Below, piece by piece: positions 1 through 9,545 of a stretch of 64,000 nucleotides of DNA. The DNA is taken from NCBI GenBank assembly GCA_046563655.1, contig CM102287.1, forward strand, positions 1,116,001 to 1,180,000. Reading direction: 5' to 3'. Each line of letters opens with the position of its first letter. Positions within the stretch are counted from its first letter, which is position 1. The notes below the pieces were generated by a model. That model made no database searches, was not told where the DNA came from, and saw only the letters and a program-made list of their open reading frames with translations. This DNA comes from Yuukianura sp. NJ FZ-2021 (lineage: Eukaryota). Position numbers and translations under genes: made by a program.

Positions 1-1729
1 AAATGATCAATGCCGTGTTAGTTGATGGTGGGATAATGTGCATCAACTTAGGCACCATCATGTTCTTCAGCTGGCTGATTTCGGTCAAATTGAGTCGAGG
101 TGCGTCAAGGTCCCAGGATTCGTTGAAAACAGATTTCAAGTTAGGGAAAACAGTTTGGCTTCCGTAGTTCCGGTCGTGGGCTGGCTTGAGCATGATGTCG
201 ATTTTCGACATCATTGCTGGTATGACTATGGTGACTCGTGGTGCGTCTGCCATGCCCGTGGGGCATGGGTATGGTGGTCGAATTGTCCGTCGTCCTGGAA
301 CTTGTAGTTCGCAATCGCAAGAGAGTCTGACTTCGAGGCTTCCAATCTGGTCGTTTGGTGGCTGCACTGGGTGGGTCCTGTTGTCCGAGATCCCACGTTC
401 TCCGCACTGGATCTGCATTCCTTCCGGTGCTCCGGTTAGGATGAATGTATGATAGTCCAATTGGGTCACGCTAAAATCTCCTGGTGTGTTGAGGCATTCG
501 AAAAGGCAGACTTCGTTGAGTTCCCGAACGCTGGCGCCCCGTAGAAGTCGTTGAGCGCATAAGTATCCGGTCATCGGGTCGGAACTGAACTGAGGCACAT
601 GGCAGAGTCCAGTTTCGGGGTGGCATTGTTGAAGTTGTGTGCCTTGGATCGTCACGAGTTCTTCTTCGTTTACGGCTAAGTATGCTGGAGCGTGTTGAAC
701 AATGCAGGTGCTACCTTTGTAGCTAAACGGCACGTTTATCATCTCGTACAACTTCCAATTATCCGCGAGTTTCTTGATAGGTATGCGGACACGGTACATG
801 ATCCGTCCTCCGTCACTAAAGGCGCAGTCGGTGAGCTTCAGTTTGTAATACCGTGTGACTTCCTCGATGGGTATGACTAGTCCATATCCGTCAGCTCGTA
901 GTTTCTGGCTTGCTTTGCGGAGGTCTGCTGCTAACCTGGTCGGCGGGACTGCCAAAATGGAGATGGTTTGAGCTCGGCAGTGGTCCTGGAGATCCTTGAA
1001 GCGCATCAGCTCTCCGATTTGGTTGAGGTAGTCGAAGACTTGGAGAAAGGTTCGTCTAGTGGAATCTCCCTCGGCGGTAAGCAGGGTCATTGTCCTTTGC
1101 ACACTTGCGTTGCTGTCCTGCATGGCGGCCTGTTGTTGGTAGAGTCGGTTGACGTGCTCGTGCGCGGTTTGGAAGAGTCGGGTGACGTTTTTCCCAAAAA
1201 GTTCCATTGAGGTTTTCAAGTTCATCACGTTCTGGTTGTTTATGACAACTGAGCCCTTAATGGCTTCCATGAACTTCTCAATGCTCTCACCGTTGACCTG
1301 GAGGTCCTGCATGTCTCGTTTGGAGACGAATCCACAGCAGAAACTGAACATGTCGCTGACTAGGGTGAGAGGGTTAAACGATTGCCATGTGAGGTCCCGT
1401 TTCGTACGTCTTGGGCTGACTTCTGTCATCATCATGTCATCTTTAATGGATGCCAGCATCTTAGTGAGGTAGGTTGTGTAGGGTCGAATGTTCATTGGGA
1501 AGGTGCAGCCTTCGGTTTGAGCGTCGCGGCAGGTTCCTTCCATGACGTTTCCGATCGGGTTGGTAAAGTTGACTTGAATGTCATAGACGAGGGGAATTGT
1601 AGCGGTGTACAATTCCGTTCCTTTGACCTCCCGAACGAGAGATCCTGTGGTGACTCTAACTTCGGTGGGTTGTATGGAGAAAGCATGTCCTCCACCAAGG
1701 ATGGTTATCAGCATAACCAGCCACTGCAT
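1..1729 (-). CDS. env: Envelope / class I fusion glycoprotein (Env, F-protein-like), 3'-truncated by the window edge
   Basis: Absent from the ORF track because it has no stop in the window. Manual translation from ATG 1729 stays open for 576 codons to position 2. It shows a signal peptide (MQWLVMLITILGGGHA), a furin site RRTKR|DLTW (RTKR 1397-1408), a hydrophobic fusion-peptide-like segment (FNPLTLVSDMFSFCCGFV), a heptad-like helical region, a Cys-rich ectodomain and NxS/T sequons. Confidence 0.88.
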   Translation of the reverse strand, partial: MQWLVMLITILGGGHAFSIQPTEVRVTTGSLVREVKGTELYTATIPLVYDIQVNFTNPIGNVMEGTCRDAQTEGCTFPMNIRPYTTYLTKMLASIKDDMMMTEVSPRRTKRDLTWQSFNPLTLVSDMFSFCCGFVSKRDMQDLQVNGESIEKFMEAIKGSVVINNQNVMNLKTSMELFGKNVTRLFQTAHEHVNRLYQQQAAMQDSNASVQRTMTLLTAEGDSTRRTFLQVFDYLNQIGELMRFKDLQDHCRAQTISILAVPPTRLAADLRKASQKLRADGYGLVIPIEEVTRYYKLKLTDCAFSDGGRIMYRVRIPIKKLADNWKLYEMINVPFSYKGSTCIVQHAPAYLAVNEEELVTIQGTQLQQCHPETGLCHVPQFSSDPMTGYLCAQRLLRGASVRELNEVCLFECLNTPGDFSVTQLDYHTFILTGAPEGMQIQCGERGISDNRTHPVQPPNDQIGSLEVRLSCDCELQVPGRRTIRPPYPCPTGMADAPRVTIVIPAMMSKIDIMLKPAHDRNYGSQTVFPNLKSVFNESWDLDAPRLNLTEISQLKNMMVPKLMHIIPPSTNTALII

Positions 1730-1730
1730 T

Positions 1731-1760
1731 CTGAATATAGAAGATTATGGGTTAATGCTT
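1731..1760 (-). promoter_or_regulatory. Putative 3' splice acceptor for a subgenomic env mRNA
   Basis: The minus strand reads GCATTAAC (branch-like) CCATAATCTTCTATATTCAG|A ATG, between the pol stop (1763) and the env ATG (1729). Confidence 0.65.
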
Positions 1761-1762
1761 AA

Positions 1763-4700
1763 CTAACAATATCGTGCAGGTTTGCGGATTTCTCGCCCCG
1801 CGCGTGTGACATAGGGCGCTTGCGATCTTTTGGTCCTATCAATGTCGACCTTGTCGACCTTTATGTCGACCGCTTCCTCTTCCGAGGACTCACTGCTACT
1901 ATCACTACTACTGTCCACGCTAGTCGAGGTAGCGGAGCTACTGTCGTTCTTTTCGTCGTCAGAGGTCAGAGGCGGCGATGACGTAGGTAGTGTAAAGTTT
2001 TGAAGTACTGGAGGCGAAGCATTGCCTTCCCCAACTTGGTTTGCTGCTACTCCTGGAGCAGCTTCAGTGGTCGCAAATTCTAGCAGTGACTCGGAGTACG
2101 GCTTGAGATGATCAATGTGGGCCCGAACATGAGGCGCATCGGGATCGGCGCGTGGCACGCACCAGTACGAGAGTGGAGAGTGTTTCTTGGTTATGACGTA
2201 AGGTCCACGATATCGCATTGCAAGTTTGCGGGAAGTACCGGGTGCCGGTTTGTGAACCTTGATGAGTACAACGTCCCCTTCATTGTATTCAAAATCCTGT
2301 CGACCGACGTTAAAGAGTTTGCATTGTCGTTGTTGGCTCTGTTTGAGTCCTTGACGTGCCGCGTCTCGTGCTTCCTGCATTCGCCGAATGCGCGTCGGAA
2401 TGTCGGTGGATAGTCGGACTGTGTCATACACGATGTCAAGAGGGTGATATGGATGACGACCGTAAAGGATATAGTAACTGCTATAACCGGTAGAGTCCTT
2501 GTGCACTGCGGTGTTGAGTGCAAAGACGGCGGATCCAAGATATTTGTCCCAATTGCGCTGGTTCAACGAAACGTAGTTGGTGAGGATTTCTTCAATGCTA
2601 CGGTTGTTCCGTTCCACCAGTCCATTAGTCCTGCTGTGGTATGGAGATGAATAAACGTTAGTCGTCCCGATCAGGGAGTTGAACTGCTTGAAGAATGAGG
2701 CGGTGAATGTGGAGGCGTTATCCGTCAGGATCGTTTTGAAGACGCCGTGGATTTGGATGATTTCCATAAGGAAATCTAGCATCGCCTTAGTGGTATTGTG
2801 GCGTATGGCCTTCGCGTAAACGTATCGTGAGAGGAACTCGACGAGGACGACAATGTACTTATTCCTGGACTTTGTAGAGGGCAGGGGCCCGATGACATCA
2901 ACGCTGACTCGGTCGAAGAGGTCACCTACGGGGATGGGTGACAAGAGTCCAGCGGGGTGTGTGTTCCGGACTCGGCGCTTCTGACAGATGGCACAATTCC
3001 GTACGTATTCAGTTATAAGCGTGTCGAGCTTGAACGCAAATATGCTGTTCCGTGCCCTGGCAAGGGTTCTGGCAACGCCTAGATGACCCATGAGTGCGTC
3101 GTCGTGAAAACGGGGTAGAATGGAGTGCATCATATGCTTCGGAATTACTGGAAGGTTGGTCTTTGTTAGTTTGCATTTGTATTGTAGGAGGCCGTCGTCT
3201 ACAGTGAAGCGTTTGTGGAGCTTGCTCCTAGCGTTTGCGGTGAGAGTAGCCACGATTTTCTGAAGCTTCTCGTCGTTTTGTTGTTGTTGTATGAGCTCGG
3301 TACGCGAATCCATCGGAGTAACAAATTGCATTGCGTACCAGTGTACTGGGAATTCATCAGTAAATGTAGCAGCATGATCCTCCACAGGGAAACGGGAGAG
3401 GCAGTCTGCTTGGACGTGGCTTTTCCCATTGACGTGCTTTACGGTATAGTCAACATCTTGAAGTCGTAGGGCCCATCGCGCTAAGCGCGAGTTGCGTAGA
3501 TTCCGGCATGTTTTGAGGTAGCAGAGGGCGTGATGATCGACAACAATCGTGAAGGCTTTGAAGCCAATATACTCTCGAAATTTCTCAATTCCCCACAGGA
3601 CTGCTAGGCATTCTTGTTCGCTGGTGTTATAGCGCTCTTCCGCGCCACGGTAGGTGCGGCTGGCGTAAGCCACCACGCGTAAAGTGTCTCCCTCTCGTTG
3701 TTGGAGAATGGCAGCAATGCCTTTGTTTGACGCGTCTGTGTGTAGCTCGAGTTCGGCGTTCTCATTAAAGAATGCGAGGATTGGTGCGGAAACCAAGCAT
3801 TGGCGAAGAGAATCGAAAGCTCCCTGTTCCTGGTCGCCCCACTGAAAAGCTACGGTACTTTTGGTGAGCTCAGTCAGTGGTTTTGCAATTTGGCTGTAGT
3901 TCTTGATGAAACGGCGGTAGTATCCAGTACAGCCAAGAAATGTTCGTACTTCGTGAATGTTGGTTGGAGGTCGCATCTCAGTGATGGCCTTAACTTTGTC
4001 AGGGTTAACGGCAACTCCATCCCCCGTAATTATGTGACCAAGAAGGGCTAATTTCGTCTGCCCGAAATAACATTTTGGAGGTTGAAGGGTAAGGTTGTAA
4101 GCACGAAACTGTCGGAAGACATTTTCCAAGTTCGCCAAGTGTGACTGAAAATCCTTGGCGAAGACGCAGACGTCGTCAAGGTATGCGGTACAAATGGAGT
4201 GGATCCTTGTCCCAAGAACTGTCTTCATAAATGCGCTGAAAGCCGCTGGGGCGCAAGTGAGGCCAAATCCCATGTAGAGGTGTTCATAAGCACCTGCGTG
4301 AGTTACGAAGCTGGTCTTCTCGACGTCGTCCGGATGAATCGGGATTTGGAAGTAACCAGACATCAAATCCAGGCAGGAGAAGTACTTGGCGCCGTCAGGG
4401 AGGCCAACAGTTCTGAAATTACTGGCATAGGCCAGCTGATGGTTTTGGTAACAAAGTTGAGCTTCCGCCAGTCAATAACCATACGGTATTTGTCGCTGTT
4501 CGGCTTCTTAACTAAGGAAACTCCAGCGGCCCAAGGGGATCGGCTTTCGCGAATAATTCCCGCTTGTAGGAGCTTGTCGACTTCGTCTTCAATTATTTTC
4601 TTCTCCGCAGGGCTCTTCTTGTAGGGAGGGCAGCTTACAGGGAGAGCGTCACCAGTGTCGATGCGGAAAGTGACATCTTTTGCTTTCCCAAGCTGGTCCA

Positions 4701-5727
4701 AATTCCAAGCGAAGATGTCGCCGTACTCTAAGATAAGAGCGCGTAACTGCGCTTGCTCGTCGGGGCTTAAGTCCGGATTGATTTGGAGCTGAGCAATGTT
4801 TTCGCGTGTGGACTCCTGGCGTTGCCGACGGATCTCCTCTTCAGGTTCCGTTTCACGGACTAGAACGCGGTAGATATTTCCAACGTTTACTCCTCGAAAC
4901 AGCTTGACGGCAACTGGGCGCGGGTTGTCGATGGGGATCTCGAAGTCACCTTCGGCGACATGGGCGAGTCCTGGAGCGCAGAGTCCCAGCTTGTCGAGAG
5001 CTTGGCTGTTGGGTTCGAAGGCGAGTATCCCTCGAAGTTGATCGACCGGAAATACTTTGATCAGTGTCGTCGAGAAGGGCGGCAGCATGGTCTCCTCGAC
5101 GGTAAGTACCTTCGGCATCGATGGCGGGTGTACTTTAGTGGCGTGAACGTGCTCACGCTGCATAGTGTTCAGGCTTAGTCCAAGTGCTGCAGGGGTACGC
5201 AGATTAAATCCTCGTGGAACCGTCATTCCGAGGAATTGGAAGGTTCCGTGTTCCTGTGATTTTGAATACTTTAGTTGCAGTTCGTGTTCCAATGTGAAGT
5301 CGTTTCCGAGGATGACGTCATAGGAAATGTCCGCTAGGACGTAGAACTTGTGAGTTAGCATTGTAGTTGACTTCCGGGAGAAGGTAACTTGTCGGTAGAC
5401 GTAGCCAAGTACTGTGACCTTTGTCCCGTTTGGAAGGTCAAGAGCTGATGAGGCATCGATAGGCTGGAGCTCGTCCGGAGTGACATTGTTCTGCCGAATT
5501 ATACTGACGGGGCATCCCGTGTCGAGTAGACACGAACGTCTCTTAAGTACTGTGCCTTGTAGGATGAATATACTAATTATGAGGTTTCCAACTGGGTCCG
5601 TACTACTACGGTCTCCTGGGAAGGCTGTCTTGCGTGTCATCACGGCTAGAATTGGTCGTGTAGGATTAGAGGGTTTTGTGAGTGAGTGGGCTTCAGACCT
5701 CTCTACTGTCGCCTCGGTGCGTTTCCC
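1763..5727 (-). CDS. pol: Pol polyprotein (protease, dUTPase-like linker, RT, RNase H, integrase) with one internal frameshift near 4397
   Basis: Motifs: LLDTGC (protease), SPWAAGVSLVKK..YRMVIDWRKLN and YLDD (RT), HTDAS..E..DH (RNase H), HDDALMGH..CAIC (HHCC), VSVD..TDN..ERNNR (DDE), RYRGPY (GPY/F). ORFs 4363-5643 and 1763-4366 join as LASL-DGAKYFSCLDLMSGY if 1 nt is restored at ~4397. Confidence 0.95.
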
Positions 5728-7208
5728 TGGAGATTAGCGGGTCGCCCGGCCGATGGTGCTGGTGCGGTAGCACGAGTTGAATTGTCCTTGTCGCAAGGGG
5801 AAGCGGGTCTCCTGGCGTGATACTCATCGCCTACCACAGGACATTGGTATCCAAGGTGTGTCCCGTCACAATGTTCGCAGTGGGCCCGGTTTCGGTTCCA
5901 GTTTGTGTCTCGTTGTTTCCACCGCTTTGGGCAGTTGGCTATGCGGTGGTCATCGCGACCGCACTCGTAGCATCCTGCATACGACCTTTGGCCTTGCCAT
6001 GGTCGCCATGGGCGTCCATTGCCACGCTGTCCGGAGTTGTACCGGTTTCCTCCCTGGGATTGTTGTGGTTGGTCGCGATTATAGCCGTGGCCTGCTTTGC
6101 CCCATGCCGGGCGTCGTTTTACTATGCGTCGCTCTCCAGCTTGTGGTTCCGTTGGTGCTTCCAAATTCATATTGTTGAAGCGCGCAGTCAATCGGGGTAG
6201 ATCGGTTCCTGCCCGTTTCCGCTTCATCATGAAGTCGTAGTTCTCCTTTTCGATAAGAAACTGCGTCACATCTTGCGGCGTCTTCGGTTGCCGCAGGAAT
6301 ATCTCGTGACTGACATCTGCGGGCAACCCCTTGAGTAGGAAGTTGACCCGCTTTTCGTCCTTCATGGTGGTCCCTTGGCTTTTGTCCAACTGGTCACATA
6401 GTCGCAGCACCTTGCCGCAGTAGTCTTCCACGCTCTCTTTCGGATTTCTCTTCCGTTGAGCCAAGCGGTATTCCAGTTCTTCTTCAGTCAGCCGTGACTT
6501 GAAGCTCGTATGGAATCCCTCCTTCAGAGTCTTCCATGGAAGAGCGGCAACGTCGCCGTTGGCGTCTCGATTGGCTGGGTCACGCTCCCAGTCGGTGCGA
6601 AAATTCAAGAACCATGTCTTCGCATAGCCCTTGAGGTAAAGCGGAAGATGGCGTACTTTTGCAGCCTCGTCCCATCGTTGGTTAACAGCAATCGCCTTAA
6701 ACGTTTCCCAGAAATTCCTGGCTGGGTAGCCTCGTTTTCCCTCAAACGTTGAATCACCCGGTGGTGTCCAAACAGAAACCACGACGCTCGGTGCGGGAGT
6801 CGTCAGCATGACAGGCTGCTGAGGTCCCGGAGTAGGTGGGGTGCCTGCGCCTCCTGGCGTTCCAGATGCTGGTGGCTGTCCACCACCGGTTAGGTCCACG
6901 ACTGGGACTATCGAGTTCGGCCCACCAGCTCCTGCTGGCGGCGTCGGTGGAGTAATCGTTGTGGGCACCGGAAAAGTGAACGCATTCCCGGCCCCTCCGG
7001 CGGGTCCTGCTGTCCCGCCCGTTTGGCCCGTTGCAGGGCTAATGACAGGGTCGTTAGGGCTTGTCGTCGCGCCGGCTCCTGCCGTGGGCGTCTTCGGCCG
7101 TTGCCGATCCCGTTCTTTTGCTTCCTTCAGTACTGCGGCTAGGTCCGCAGGTTCGTACATTGGTGGAGTTCCGTCCTGTCGGGTGTGTCGACGAGCTGGG
7201 TCCGACAT
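5703..7208 (-). CDS. gag: Gag polyprotein
   Basis: Pro-rich N-terminus, retrotransposon-gag-like capsid region (LPLYLKGYAKTWF..KESVEDY..FLLKGL), and knuckles CYECGRDDHRIANC (CX2CX4HX4C) and CEHCDGTHLGYQC. Confidence 0.93.
   Translation of the reverse strand: MSDPARRHTRQDGTPPMYEPADLAAVLKEAKERDRQRPKTPTAGAGATTSPNDPVISPATGQTGGTAGPAGGAGNAFTFPVPTTITPPTPPAGAGGPNSIVPVVDLTGGGQPPASGTPGGAGTPPTPGPQQPVMLTTPAPSVVVSVWTPPGDSTFEGKRGYPARNFWETFKAIAVNQRWDEAAKVRHLPLYLKGYAKTWFLNFRTDWERDPANRDANGDVAALPWKTLKEGFHTSFKSRLTEEELEYRLAQRKRNPKESVEDYCGKVLRLCDQLDKSQGTTMKDEKRVNFLLKGLPADVSHEIFLRQPKTPQDVTQFLIEKENYDFMMKRKRAGTDLPRLTARFNNMNLEAPTEPQAGERRIVKRRPAWGKAGHGYNRDQPQQSQGGNRYNSGQRGNGRPWRPWQGQRSYAGCYECGRDDHRIANCPKRWKQRDTNWNRNRAHCEHCDGTHLGYQCPVVGDEYHARRPASPCDKDNSTRATAPAPSAGRPANLQGNAPRRQ
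5721..5727 (-). promoter_or_regulatory. -1 programmed ribosomal frameshift slippery heptamer G GGA AAC at the gag-pol junction
   Basis: X XXY YYZ pattern in the gag frame, 5 codons before the gag TAG. The -1 frame is open from here into the protease ORF. Confidence 0.8.
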
Positions 7209-8688
7209 GGCTTGCTTCTTCTTCTTCTTCTTCTTCTGAAAGGATCAGATGATTAGTTGTATTTGGTCCCCTAGGGCGCGGGGTGATGTAGGGTTGAGGG
7301 TTGGACAACTTCCTCCCTCGGCATTTGCAGAAAAATGAAATAGCTATTGCCCCCATGCCGGCTAGTAACCCAACTATAAACCCGCGCATGAAGGTGTCGG
7401 GGTTGAATATGTCGGACATAAGGTGGGCAGTTTGACAGTCTACCCCCAGTTGAAGATATACGTATAGGGACTTGTCCATGAGTAGCTTGTTTTCCCGGGT
7501 TATCAGCTGGACCCGGCCCTTCTCGTAAGTGTAAACGCCTCGTTCCGTGTCCCGAATACCAACAAGGCGTAGATCTTGTAGGTGAGGGTAGGGCATGTAG
7601 ATGTCTGGCTCGTCCCATAATGTTTGTATCATGCCCTTCTCTAAGTATAACGGCCTCCATCCCGTGGTTAGTTTGATCCAGAGGGTGTGTTCCGATGGGA
7701 AGTACCCCAAAACTGGGTATGTAATGCCGAAGATACTTCGGTGCTTGAGTCCTGGTGTGATTAGGTGGCCGTCGGATGAATATACTCCGATTCGGTCATC
7801 GACCATAACGTAGAGGTAACTCGCGACGCCGACTGTGAAGTTGATTCGGCCGTCCGGCGGGAAGTCCTCGAAAAAGTCTTCATTCTTCACTGGAGTAGGG
7901 AGGAGTGTTCCAGCTCCAGTAACTCTAACATGACTCTTCCCGTGGAACAGGAGATGGTCCCCATTAAGGTAACCGATATGATCGTACCACAGGGTACTCA
8001 GGCCTCGGATGTTTTCTCCATCCGGCCCTTCATCGAAGAACCCCGGTGGGTATAAGACCTTCAGAGCTTCTTCGTCGGGGACTCCTATTTCCGTAACGTG
8101 CGGCCAGAACTGGTACCATGCTGTCATCACAGATCCTATGGCACGAGTGTGTGGCAAGGCCAAGGCGTGGCCTATTTCATGTAGGAGTACCGAAAATAGA
8201 TTGACGTGTTCGTCGTCTTCTCCGAGAGACCAAGTCTCGTTGGCGTCTAGGTGGATTTGTCCACCCATTACTGATCCAGGGTAGTGTGCGTGGCCTAATG
8301 TGCCACCGCGTCCGTCACTAGCGTCATCATGAATTTCGTGTTCAAATGTGATGGGGATATCAGCATTCCCTTCCACATACGTAAAGGTGAAGTTGGAGTA
8401 ACGTTGCCACTTCACGAATGCCAGGCTGGCGTCAGCCAGGGCTTCTTCTCGGTCCATGTCATATGGGGTAGGTCCAAGGGTCCACGTGAGGTTCCTCTTG
8501 GTCCACCGGTGTGGGTTCACCGGACTTCGTCGGGTTCGGGTCGCCAGTGTCCATGGGCACATCATTGTCCCGGCGACATCTGCAACAAGCGTCGTCCCGA
8601 CGCAAAGTACAAGGAGCGTCCGTAGAGTCATACCGTCCAGATATCCTGTAACAGGGTTGAACCGCCAAGGTTCGGTAATTTGTTTCAT
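7054..8688 (-). CDS. Membrane-type matrix metalloproteinase (matrixin/M10A-like), intronless, carried by the retroelement
   Basis: Signal-like TLLVLCVGTTLVADVAG; furin site RTRR (8527-8538); RWTKRNLTW; ADIPITF; DGRGGTLGHAHYP; IHLDANETW; zinc motif HEIGHALALPH (8149-8181); Met-turn SVM; hemopexin-length linker; TM segment FIVGLLAGMGAIAISFF followed by CKCRGRK. Confidence 0.9.
   Translation of the reverse strand: MKQITEPWRFNPVTGYLDGMTLRTLLVLCVGTTLVADVAGTMMCPWTLATRTRRSPVNPHRWTKRNLTWTLGPTPYDMDREEALADASLAFVKWQRYSNFTFTYVEGNADIPITFEHEIHDDASDGRGGTLGHAHYPGSVMGGQIHLDANETWSLGEDDEHVNLFSVLLHEIGHALALPHTRAIGSVMTAWYQFWPHVTEIGVPDEEALKVLYPPGFFDEGPDGENIRGLSTLWYDHIGYLNGDHLLFHGKSHVRVTGAGTLLPTPVKNEDFFEDFPPDGRINFTVGVASYLYVMVDDRIGVYSSDGHLITPGLKHRSIFGITYPVLGYFPSEHTLWIKLTTGWRPLYLEKGMIQTLWDEPDIYMPYPHLQDLRLVGIRDTERGVYTYEKGRVQLITRENKLLMDKSLYVYLQLGVDCQTAHLMSDIFNPDTFMRGFIVGLLAGMGAIAISFFCKCRGRKLSNPQPYITPRPRGPNTTNHLILSEEEEEEEASHVGPSSSTHPTGRNSTNVRTCGPSRSTEGSKRTGSATAEDAHGRSRRDDKP
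7215..7256 (-). promoter_or_regulatory. Putative splice acceptor plus GAA-repeat exonic enhancer just upstream of the gag ATG
   Basis: The minus strand reads ACTAAT (branch) CATCTGATCCTTTCAG|AAGAAGAAGAAGAAGAAGAAGCAAGCC ATG(gag). The AG is at 7237-7236. Confidence 0.6.
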
Positions 8689-9424
8689 TGCTTCATTTGT
8701 AGTCTCGTTGTGTTTTCGCTCCTCGGGGTATGCGACAAGTGTTGAAGAAAAACCTCTGTCCTACGTCATCGCCTCTCTTGAGTGGTCGCGACTCCACCCT
8801 CAAAGCGACTTCGATTACTTGCTAAATGGGCAGCTGTAGGGTCTGGGACCACAATATGCTACAGCCCGGTCAATAGTTACACCGTTGCCGAGGTGACGGC
8901 CCACCGTCCCTCAACCCGTTCCTTCACGGAATATTTCTAGACGTTCGGTTTCATCTACGCCAAGCGCGGAGAGCAGTAAATCTTCTAAACAAGTCGTTAA
9001 TACAACAGCCAGCTACCCAACTGACTGTGGAAGAAAGTAGCGTCGGAAGAGAAGTGACGGAAGGGGTTCCCTACCCCCCTCTCAATTGTGAGAACAATAC
9101 CGCCAACCGTGTATGAGTCAAAGCTGATGGCTACCATAGTAACCTCTGACCCTTGGCTAGAGCCACAGCCCTATACGATGACCTTTGACCTGAGGCAGAG
9201 CGTGTGTGACAACAATAGAGGACTTTCACCTCAGCGAGGGTCACCTTCTCTATTGTGTCTGTTCGATGCCTGTGAGTACTTGGTCACCAGGGGGGGATAG
9301 CACTGGTCGTAGTCACTTACGTAGTAGGTAGCTTCGTAGAAATCAGCTTGACCTGTTCGTTGGTTGCCCCAGGGTGGTTGCCCTAGGAGTCCCTTAGTAC
9401 TTAAATCTAACTTATTTAATGTTT

Positions 9425-9545
9425 GTACGTTATTGTCTTCACATTACGTTATTGTCCTCAAATTATTTACTTCGTTATTGTTCTTAAATTATTTAGTACG
9501 TTATTGTTCTTAAATTATTTAGTACGTTATTGTTCTTACGTTAAT
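9425..9545. repeat. ~26-bp tandem repeat in the retroelement 5'UTR (about 5 degenerate copies)
   Basis: AGTACGTTATTGTTCTTAAATTATTT starts at 9495 and recurs (partial) at 9521, with degenerate copies upstream. Confidence 0.85.

Noticed and set aside
7054..8688. MMP as an ordinary host gene
   Set aside because: It is intronless, lies between PBS and gag on the element strand, overlaps gag and has the element's base composition.
38..8839. Plus-strand and alternate-frame ORFs over env, pol, gag and MMP
   Set aside because: Antisense or shifted shadows of real genes, with no recognisable motifs.
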